Of a DNA stretch of 64,000 nucleotides, positions 35,401 to 54,743 are shown piece after piece; the stretch's first letter is position 1; each line of letters starts with the position of its first letter. The notes below the pieces were generated by a model. That model was not told the DNA's origin. It did not search any database and saw only the letters and a program-made list of their open reading frames with translations. The DNA is from Intoshia linei (lineage: Eukaryota; Animalia; Orthonectida), in NCBI GenBank assembly GCA_001642005.1, contig LWCA01000024.1, forward strand, positions 1-64,000, read 5' to 3'. The translations under genes and the position numbers were made by a program.

Positions 35401-37011
35401 ATTTTTTTCAAAATTTAAAAGATAAAGAAAAAAAACTTAAATTAATCAAATTAAATAATCAGGTTTATTTACATTATTTACATTACATTGTATTAATACA
35501 CATGTAATGTACTATATCAATTAAAAAGTAAATGAGTTTTACAAATTTAAACAATAATTCAGATTCATTCTGGTGATTGGTCCAACGTGGTCATAAATAA
35601 GAAAGTAATTGCAGTATTAAATAAAAATAAAAATAATGATGCAATATTGGAAGCAATAAGATGCAAAATAAAAGATTACGACTCAAAAATAGTAGAAATT
35701 GATCAATTTGTATCTAAAAACGTTCTGACTCTGAAAAATTTAAAATTTTCATTTGAAACAAAATTACAAAATTTTGATAAAAGAAATTTCGCAAATTATT
35801 TTTTGGTAATTTATTAATTTTATATTGAAAATGTTAATATTTTTAAACTTTATATTTTTAAAAAAAAATGTAGAAAATGGATGAAAAATTAAGAAATTAT
35901 CAACAAATTGTAAAAAGTGTTTACGAATATAAATTGGCTTATGAGAGACTGTCTAAAAATAAAAAAGTGTCATATATGCAAAATTTGAATCACTTTTTCA
36001 AAAAATTTCATTCCTTTATTAGCAATTATCTAATTTTCTTTAGCAAATATCAAAAACATATAAACGTACATTTTTAACTTTAATTTAATTGTAGTTAAAT
36101 TTATTTAGATTGATAAAACTTTCAATGTTGTTAAATGGAAATGGAATTTTCTGCAGTGGTGTGAGAATAATGACTTTGATATACATGATATTTTTCATAG
36201 TAGAGCTCACAGTCGGTTGACGAGAAGAGAGTTTATTGAAGCAATTATTGATACTAGTAAATATAATAACGTAAATAATTTACACATTTATAGAATTTCC
36301 TTCGACTAGATATGAATTGAATAAATTGGCCAATAATTTTCATTTGGATGATATTTTAACTTTTATGAATTGCAAAAAATTTACAAATTTTTTAAATAAA
36401 GTAATTAAAACTTTTCCATTTTGTTTTCCATCATATTGTATTTAGGATACTGACACTGACTTTACACCCAAACTTAATTGCTCAATATGCAACAAAAATT
36501 TTTATATTGAATCACTATCCAATGATAGATATACGGTTTTTCATTAGTATAATTTTATTATTTATAGATTAAAAAATTCAACAATGTTCAATTTATCAAA
36601 ATACTAAAAAGTGGAATAATGGTACGTGTGGGTGGTGGTTGGGAAGATATTTTGCATTACTTGAATCGTACTGATCCTTGTCGAATTAAAGGTACAATTT
36701 TATATTTGTTTAAGATTTTTAATTAGATAGTGCCCGATACGAACTTGATAAATCCAATTTACCAGAATTTCGGAATAGTATCACGGATAGCGGTAATTTT
36801 AAATTTATAAATTACAATTATACATTTAGATACATCAACAATTATTTCAAGTGTATCTGGTGATTCAAAAAGTACTGTAAATAGCCTGGATAAAATCATT
36901 AAAGTCAAAAATTGTCGTTTAAATTACAAAAACAAGAATCGTATTATTCTAATAAATTATAATAAAGAAATACGAGATACTATTGCAATGAAACATTTGA
37001 TTGGAAATTAA
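20435..37011 (+). CDS. Divergent spectraplakin (Shot/MACF1/dystonin-like): CH1-CH2 actin-binding domain, rod exons, giant exon, EF-like region, GAS2/GAR domain
   Basis: CH1: [61 protein letters not shown] (20592-21140). CH2: ESLLAFLNG...[20 protein letters not shown] (22402-22571). Giant exon 28312-33598 splices in phase 0 to 35259. [11 protein letters not shown] and FPSTRYEL at ~36220-36320. GAR motif [28 protein letters not shown] at ~36600-36685. Stop TAA at 37009-37011. Some middle exons are uncertain. Confidence 0.8.
22021..22271. mobile_element. Probable Tc1/mariner-pogo-type MITE
   Basis: TA|CAGTATT ... AATACTG termini with repeated CTCGCCAA subterminal motifs, inside a spectraplakin intron. 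Confidence 0.5.
34118..34925 (+). mobile_element. Helitron-like repeat copy interrupted by an assembly gap
   Basis: A|TCCTTACTT 5' end, near-identical to 15230-15970. N at 34800 with ~115 nt duplicated on both sides. Confidence 0.7.
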
Positions 37012-37052
37012 GAAATTATTATATTAAATATTTATTCTGATACAATTTTGAT

Positions 37053-40000
37053 TTAATCACTGTTTTGATCATGTAGTTTTTTCTTCTTTAGTTGTACTTT
37101 TAATCTTTTATTGCAAATTCTATATCCATTCATATTCTTAATGGCGACATGGGCTGAATTTTCATTATCAAAACTCACAAACCCGAAACATTTGGATAAT
37201 AACGTGTGTTTGTCGACAAAAACTTTTACTGATATAATTTTACCAAAAATGCTAAACATTTTGCTCAAGTCTACATCTTTCACATATTGCGGTAAATAAT
37301 ATATGAAAAGGTTAGATTTTTCTGGACCTTCTATTTGTCTTTCGTAGTAGTATAACTGTTCGTTTTTAGATACATTATTCAATTCAGGATTTTTTATGAC
37401 GAGATTTATAGTCTACATTCAAATTTTAATTTATATAAATATAAAAAACTTTGTTATTTTGCAGAATACCGCCATAATTTCCCAACCTTGATGTTTCTTG
37501 TATGAGAGATACGGTCAATGATAAATTGTTATGGGTAGAATAATTTTTCATTATATCCACTGCGTTTTCAGCATTGCTCACATTTTCATATTCTATTATT
37601 GCGTATTCTAGCATTTAAATATTAAAATAATATACATTATGTACATTTACTTTTTTTTTTATGTAGATTGTTATATAGTTTACAATATATTAACGGTCCA
37701 AATTGACCAAATAATAATTTTAATTTACTTTCATTAACTTGACAAGACAAATTTCCAATATATATTTTTTTATCTAAAAATTTATTTTATATAAATTTTA
37801 TATATTTTTATAATTATCTAAAAGTGTACCATATTTTATGCCCACGGTCCCCTAGACCGTAGGTATAAGGTGGGTTGTGTACTTTTTTTATTTGATTACC
37901 AAAAAGTTTAGTTATCAGTATAAAATAAAATGATTTTATTGAAGCTTATTGTGCTAGCAGTAGGTCCGGAACAGATGGAAAGTATAGGCTCCCTATAAAA
38001 ATTTTTAAAAAAATTGGATCTATATGCACTGCTTTTTTATACTACTTAGACGGCACTAATTGTAATTTTAATAGAACATTTTATTATAAGATAATTTGGT
38101 ATACTAATGAATTTTCATTCTTTTCCAGTATTACCTATTAATAAATTAAAAAAATAGGCCGTCATGATTGTAGGCCCGGACCAAATGACACCCCAAGTTT
38201 TTCATATTTTTCATATTCAGTGCATTGTACTTTGTAATGGGTGAGTCGTACTGGCTGAGTAAATATATAGTTGGAAAATATAGAAATGCTAACAATTTTC
38301 AAATTTTAAAAAACGCAGTGATAATATAGTTAAGACAATAATAATGATAACCCCATAAGGCTTAGAATTGTCAATTTTATATTTTTTCCTATGCAATGCA
38401 CTAGTTAATTAATCAAGTTAAGAAAAAGTTAATCAAATAATCATAAGGGTTATACAACAAACAAAGTAAAAACAATCCAATCATAAAAATTATCATAAAT
38501 AGCATAAATCCAGAAAAAATAAAATTATAAAAACCTATTTTGTCATTTTCAATGTGATGAATCATCACTGAATATATAAACTCAATTTTTACCAATTTAA
38601 TTAATACTTAAAAATACCAATTATGTATCAATTATTAACGAAATCAGCACTTTATAAACATATTTCAGGCGAATTTAACCAATATTGCAATTGGATTGTA
38701 ATTAATATAAAAATAATAATAACAAAGTTGTATTAATTTTAGTTTTGTTGTAGTTTTTATTTAAATTTTATTTAAAATGTTTTGAAAATGAGAATTTGAA
38801 AGTTAAAAATTGCGAAGGAATGAATTATATAGATTTTCACCCATATTTATTTATTAGAAATGTGTAGACGTTCAATGCACATTTTTTTAAAATTGTAGGA
38901 TCAATATTTACATTTTCAATTTTTATTTTAATCAAAATATTTAAAAAATATTGGTTGATAATATATTAAAAATTATTTTTCACCGGGAATGCGTAGATTT
39001 CTGAGGTTGAAATTTTGTATTTATATCAACTGGAATAAACTCTATCAAAACAATCTTCTTTTTATTAATTTTCGGACCGTTAATTATTTCACATTTTTTG
39101 TTTTACAATTTGTTGATAAAATATTTCGGAAAAAAATATATAAATACTTAAATGCTTTTTTCACAGTGAAGGCGTCACTTAATCAGATTGAAATTTTTTG
39201 TGTGTGTTAAAAGGATACAATTGTACCACCTGTATTTTTTTTAATTCTCGGGCTGTTTTCATAAAAAAAAAGTAATTTGGGGTTTTCTCGCTGAAGATAT
39301 ATTTTGTTTAAATTTAAATTTATAATAATATTTATGATTTTAAAATCCGTATCAGAGTATCTATTTTTTTAAATTCTCGAACTCGTTTGATTTTCAAAAA
39401 AAAGGACAATTGGGCTTTTTGATCTGTAAGATGTGAGTTTAGAAGGTAAAAATTTATTTAGCTAACACTCCTGAAAAAACTGTAATTGAAATGTGGACTT
39501 TATAAAATTCTAAGACTGGTAGTTCTAAGATTGAAATAAACGGTAACACACAGACAAACAAATATTGCATAACATTATATTAGTAAGGATGTACTAATTT
39601 TTAAAGTGGGAAGTTTTTTATAAGAAAAAGCCATTATACCCCTTGTAAATTATACACCCTGATGATTGCGATGACTTCATTTTAAGAAGTAAATATCTAA
39701 ATGCATTTTTTCCATCTAGCTAGGTTAATTTTAAGGTTAGTTATGAATTAAAAAATTTAATTGGATAAACTAAAATATGCCAATCTTAGCTTTAACTAAA
39801 TCAGCGATTATTAAAATTTAGAATATAAATTATCAGCGACCAATTAGGAGGCCTAGTCCTTTTTAAATAAGCACTACATGAAGATTTTTAAAATGCACCT
39901 TTCTCATAATATCGACAAGTATAACTGATATAATGAGCTAATCAGATAATTATCAATGATTTTAAGAGAGTTTACTATGACTTTTGATGATTTTCTCCTT

Positions 40001-41690
40001 TTCACAAATATTTTTAATAATCACTCCTACAACCACAAAATTTGGCAAATTTAAAATTTTTCAGATAATTCAATTTGTATAAAATATATTATATATTCAA
40101 TTTGTTCGTAACGTTTCATGTAATAATGAATTGAAGGTATCTCCAGGAAAAACAAATGTTATAGAAATGTAAATACCAGAAATAGCACAAACAAACATGG
40201 ATATAGATTTTGAAAGATATAAATTTTTAAAACTAGATAATGTAGTATTTTCTCTTAAACAAAAAAAAAATATAGTAGCCTTTGGAACATCAAAATTAAA
40301 ACGAAAAACTTTTCCAAATGATAAGCCAAATAATAAATTTGGCATTGAAATGTGTCCAATTCGAGGACAATCTAATATAGCTCCAGGGCATTACAATAAT
40401 GATCAAGTAATTTTATTAATTGATTCCATTATTGATTTTGAAAATTGAATGTAGTTTTAGTAAAAAAATATCAAATTAATTACCTATTTTTTATATTCAC
40501 TTTTGGTAAATAAACATAAGATAAATTTTTCCACTCTTGCACAAAAAAATACTTGTATCTATTTATAGAAAGATATTACTTTTTTCTATCGATAAATGAA
40601 CAAGTCAACTTTATATATTGGTTATAATTATGAATTATAATGTACATAGAAAACGGAATTTGGCTATTATATCGACAATATGGTAAACAGCACTAAGGGT
40701 TATAGTATGGGAGCCAGGACAACAAAACGATTTTTTAGTTCAATGAAAAATGTTTGTTTTAGTAAAAATGATCAATTAATTAAAATAGGACGTTACGCCT
40801 GCACCAGGAGAATACCAAAATTTTCATGTGAAAAAACAAACCGCATTAAAACCGTTCAATAGTGGAAGTCAAAGATTTTCAAAAGAAATTAAAAGCACAT
40901 GTCCAGGGTATGCATAATTAATCAACATAACGAATAAAATGTAGTGTTGGAACCTACAATGTCGAATTGAGTGGCCACAAAGAAATCAAATGGCCACAGA
41001 GATTCTTGTCAAAACCTTTAATACCAGAAACCACCCAAAGAGGAATAATAATCTGCAACAATGATAAACTCCCTTCAACTAAATTGGAAAAACGATATAA
41101 TCGCCACTTGGCATATTTAAAATTATATTATTAAACTAACCTTGCTTCGTGTTTATTATAGCTGGTTTAATGTATATTGGAGACGATATCTAATATAATC
41201 CTTTACTAATTAAATTTAGAAATTTACCCCTTCAAAATGAAACTTGTCATGTAAAGTTTCCATTGTGGCAATAGCCGAAAAGTTGTTATAATAAGTAAGG
41301 AAACAACAACCTAAAAAATAAATACTACATAAAAAAGACAACCTTTGCTTTGATTAGTTTCTTTAGATCTCAAAATTTTCAAATTATAAATTTTTCCAAA
41401 TTTTGAAAATAATTTACTCAACTGAAATTCATTGATATTACGAGGTATTTGACCGACAAATAGTTTTATAAAATTTTGAGGTTGATTCAATTTTTTTTTA
41501 TTTTTAAATCTATAATATTTTACCAATCTGAAAATTTCAAAATGACTTACTCATTGAATCTATACATATAGTAGGCACTTTCAACCGAATTCACATTATC
41601 TTTTTTCAATTTTTCCGTCAAATTATGATGAGTTTGTAATCTATTTAAATACTTATACAAATTTAAATTTTCATTCCCTTTTTCAATCAT
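37053..41690 (-). CDS. CELF: CELF/Bruno-like RNA-binding protein (3 RRMs), very compact
   Basis: RRM1: [11 protein letters not shown]...SK/GCCFLTY...[19 protein letters not shown] (41475-41141). Intron 41140-37774 joins in phase to RRM2 [10 protein letters not shown]...EYAIIEY. RRM3: [18 protein letters not shown]...[21 protein letters not shown]...[17 protein letters not shown]. Confidence 0.88.
38400..39589 (-). mobile_element. Longest copy (~1.2 kb) of the Helitron-like repeat, inside the CELF intron
   Basis: Minus-strand 5' end A|TCCTTACTAATATAAT at 39589. Homologous to 15230-16110 and 7905-8445. CTAG|T near 38400 could be the 3' end. Confidence 0.7.
40197..41134 (+). CDS. PIFO: Pitchfork/CIMAP3 ciliary protein (PGPGxY-type repeats), nested antisense in the CELF intron
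   Basis: Exons 40197-40406, 40650-40751, 40789-40907, 40945-41134 give VAFGT...APGHY / [15 protein letters not shown] / TPAPGEYQ...[11 protein letters not shown] / VGTYNV...IKWPQRF...[14 protein letters not shown]. This matches the PIFO KGYTMGART..RF motif and the C-terminal RVAYLSLYY. Start codon uncertain. Confidence 0.85.
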
Positions 41691-41904
41691 TGCAAAAGAA
41701 TTTAAATGTTTGGTAGATTAATTTTTAATATTATCTTATAATTAGAAAGATCAAAGTAAAATATCAAAAAGGTGCACCTAATTATATCAAAATGTACCGA
41801 TAACAATTTACTCGTCTGAAATAAATCAGACGGCATGTGTATGACACTAAATTAAAGTAAATTTATTGGACAAATAAAACAAAATGCATACATAAATATT
41901 CACA

Positions 41905-44900
41905 CTAATGTAAAGGTCCACTTCGACTAAGCACATGCAAGAGTCTATAAATGTTGACGCTGTTACCATGCATGGCATCAGATATTGTTTGATCCAAATG
42001 AATTTCAATAAAATTGATTGAATAATAAAAAATGTAAAATAAAAGAGCTGGTTTCAGGATGGAATATGATAAATATCCAGTATTGTTCACATCCATCATT
42101 TGTAAAGACTTGGCCAATTTCAAAAATCTGTCAAACCAACCTTCTTCCATACGAAATTGTTGAATGTAAGGTGAATATTTTTTTATTTCGTTGTGCATGT
42201 TGAAATCAGCGGTTACTTCATTTTGCATAGGAATTTTTTCAATTTCAAATTTTTCTGTATCAGGTACTGGGTTAAAAGATGCATCTAATTTTTCAGTTTG
42301 AATTTTAGGTTCATATGTTTGATAGTATGGTGATTCTTTTTTTGTCTGAGTTTTCTAAAATTGATGTATAACTTAGCATTAATTATAACGTATGCTATTT
42401 ATTTTTTGAATATTCAGATATTTTATGTTTTTTTGATGCATCAATCTCAAATTACCTCGGTTTCATAATCTTGGTTATAAGGACTAAAATAGTATCCAAT
42501 GTAATCGTGGCAACTAAATTTTTTATAACACGTAAATGGCATATTTCCAAAAATTACTTAATTAATCCGTATTTTGTAGAACATTTTTGAAAAACTTTGT
42601 CAATTTCGTCTAGATCGAGATTTTTATTAATTTGCATGTGTGTACTTATAATCTAAATGTTTCAATTACATTTTAATTAAATTTTGCCAATGCAAAAAAA
42701 TTTATATAAGATAAATTAATATTTACATACTTGATGTTATGAAGTAAATATTAACCGATTTTATTTTTTAAAAGCATATTAAAAAATATAAAATTGAGTC
42801 ATACACAAAATGGTTTTTTATCGTTTTAAAAAAAGTATCAAAAGTTGACACCGTAGTGACTAACTTATAAGTTAGTTCAGAGGATAGAGAGAAAACAAAA
42901 TTTTACTTTGTATTCTAAGATTTAAATTTTATTTCGTTTAATAAATATAGTTCCGTAGTGAATTATTTTTATCTTGTATATTGCAGGGATGCCAAACCTG
43001 TCGATTGCGGATGATTTTCTAGTGAATCTCCAAAGTTAAAAAATTATAAAAAGTTTTTTATTTTAATAATACTCGTTAAAATGATCTCTATTTTAAAAAA
43101 ATTATTTTTAATATTGTTCAAATTCAAAGTTAAAAAAATATATGGATTAGTTCACTATTTCTTAAACTAGGTTTTGCCAATAATTTTCAAATATACAGCG
43201 AAAGTGCTACGAATTATTCCGAATTTAAATTTTTAATTGTGTTCCGCAAGACGATTTTTTTGAAATAGGTTCCGATTAGATACGTTTTTCTAGACAATTT
43301 TTAGTGCATGGGTTTTTAACCTTTTTCTATTTGGCACCCAAAAAGATAAATAAACTTAAAGTGAAAAATGTAATAGTAAAACTATGGTAACAAAAAATTT
43401 CTAGGTTAAATGCCTTTAAATTTCAATTAGGAATTATTTTTTAACATAAAAAACCCTGTGATTTATCTATTTATTCTAGTATTTATCAATATAATTTATT
43501 TTAGTGAATCCATAACGAATATAACTATCACTCTATTTACTTTTTTTGACATACATGTATGTTAATATTTATATATTAAAATATTTAATATTTAAAAATG
43601 TTAAATTAATAAAAAGAATTTGGCATTATATTAACTTTATTTTCGAAAATTAATTGAAGATTAAAAGATATAGCTGTAAAATGATTTTTATTTAAAAATT
43701 TTCTGCACCCCAAAAACTGGTTTGGAACCCCTGGGTGCAGGAAACCCAGGTTAAGAACCAATGTATTAGTGGATCGTCATTCATTCAAAAATTTTAAAAT
43801 CGATCGCATCAAAAAAATTTGGTCTTCCCTTCTCTTCTGGTGTATTGCATATCGGGTCGGAATAGAATATAAGAGTAGGGGCATTTTACAGTATTTACAT
43901 GTTAATAATATTTTTTATCAAAATTTTCACAAATATAAAGCATAGTGCCACGTCAAATCGTACATATAATGGTAAATTAACCTCATGAGCCATGATGACT
44001 TTAATTTAAAAAATTTTACAAAAAAATAAATATGGATTGTTTAATTGAAAGTATACAAAAAGTAATTAAATTTCATATTTAATTATATTTTTTCGAATAA
44101 AATTAAGGAGAAACAATGCTTGTCAAGTATACGAACCGGACATACAAGGACATACTTTTTGGCTGAGCTCACTTAGAATTTGGTGGCTACCAGATAGTAT
44201 CGGTTGAGAAACACTGATGTACATAAATAAAAAAATTGAAGGGCGATTAGGTGAGAAAACTCTACCCTAATGTACATTTACACTAGTAAAAGGAAGAGAG
44301 AAATGTGATAATAAATGTAAGAATATAATAATCATGATTGTAATAGATCAACTTAACAATATAAAAACAAAATTTGAAGCATAATATATAAAATTTATTA
44401 CCTCTTAATTAAATAAAATTTATTGCCAATCTGATTTACTGATCTCATTTCAAACAATTTAAAATAACAAACTGTACGAACAAATTTTTAAAATTTACCC
44501 AGTTAATGCACGCGATATTCTATTAACATGTAAATAGAATAATGTAATCAAATATATATTATAGTAACATCTAATTGGATTAATATTTTACATTTTCTAC
44601 TCTTTCCCCTTAATTATAATAAACTTAAATAACCCAAAAGCTTGTTCACGTGAAAATTAAATTATTTTAAAATGATAAGTTAGTAAACGAATATACGTGT
44701 TTTGAATTTGATTTTTTAATTGAGAAAAATTGACTTATTATAGTGACTCGCGAAAATTTTGATTATTAATTTTTTTAAAATATCGAAATATATGATAATA
44801 AATTATGTTCACAATATAAAATAAAAATAATTTAACATACTTGGTATTTGGTGAAGTAGTTACACTTGGAAGTATCTATTAAACTGAACAATCGCTCAAG

Positions 44901-45536
44901 TTTTGTTTTTTCGTCATCAAAATTAGAAATATCATTGAGTCTAAAAAAGCTTTATTATACTAAAATAAAAACTTACGAGGAAATTGGTGTATTTTGACAA
45001 CTAGCTATAAAAGCCAAAAATTTAGTAAAATTGACATTACCAAAATTATCGCAAAATTCAATAGATGCAATTCTTAACAGACCTTCGTCGTATTTCACCT
45101 AATTTTTAAAAACCAATGACAAATTAAATACCTTGTTTATAGTCAATGTTTGCAAAAATGAATCAATAGGACAAAAGTCTCCCTCCAGTTGATTATATTC
45201 TAATAAATCATAAAAAATTTTTTTCATGCTTGTATCGTTAAAATATTTGACGGTCGATCTAATATCAAATCGTAAAGAAAGACTGTTGACTGCTGGACGC
45301 TTGGTAATTGTTTTCATATTGTTTAGATCAAAATTTTGATTCTAAATATTTAGTAAGGCAAGTAAATGTATACCGTAGAATTGCTAAAATTGAAATTATA
45401 TTAAAACAATGTAACAACCTATCATTTCGAATAACTGTGGGTATATCCGGTTCCGGGTATTGCATTTTAGCAATTTCAGACTAAAAAAATTGGTAAAAAT
45501 AAAAGTAGTATATACTCTTCTTCCTCGTTTGGGCAT
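41905..45536 (-). CDS. C1orf87-like EF-hand protein, multi-exon
   Basis: Last exon EGWFDRFLKLAKSLQMMDVNNTGYL...YSINF...LDQTI resembles the C1orf87 C-terminus (WIDRFRKLENALYLCDLSNTGVL...IDQAL), recalled from memory. Upstream exons at 45536-44842 contain degenerate EF-hands (DNFGNVNFTKFL; FSLIDTSKCNYF). A TE-rich intron spans ~44840-42655. Confidence 0.65.
43306..43762. mobile_element. hAT-type MITE nested inside an older hAT MITE (~42984-43830)
   Basis: CATGGGTTTTTAACC ... GGTTAAGAACCAATG termini with near-identical 8-bp flanks TTTTAGTG / TATTAGTG. The same right end recurs at ~54335-54358. Confidence 0.6.
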
Positions 45537-45886
45537 TTACTGAAATGAATTTCTTCAATATTGATTAATATGTATTAATGAGTAAATAATATAGAATTAA
45601 ATGTACATAGATTCATTACCACACAAATGAATGTTTTGAGTCAAAAACTTTGAATTGAAAATAGGACGTGAAATTAGTTAATGTAAACCAAACTAATGTC
45701 AATTATAAATATAATTTATCCAATAAACAAAATAAAAATATAAATTATAAAATCATTAACCCAATTTAATTAAAAATTAAATGGATATTTTCAACAGATT
45801 CAGAATGATTAGCACTAATCAATAACAAAAGTAGTGATAAGAATTTTAATCTTTAATTAACAACATAAATTATACAAATTACTTGG

Positions 45887-54645
<8,759 letters not shown>

Positions 54646-54743
54646 TAAAGGCGCGAAGATAAGAAATATTTATTTTCATATTAAATTTGATATTGGAGTT
54701 ATAACAACAATTGACATTTATTATCAACTTTTCTTAATTTGTC
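54646..54743. promoter_or_regulatory. Putative bidirectional promoter between SMC3 and MRPL19
   Basis: Only 98 nt separate the two divergent ATGs (54645 and 54744). Confidence 0.7.

Noticed and set aside
38413-39210. Hydrophobic short ORFs 38413-38595 and 38989-39210
   Set aside because: They lie inside the Helitron-like repeat, and T-rich DNA yields spurious Phe/Leu/Ile-rich peptides.
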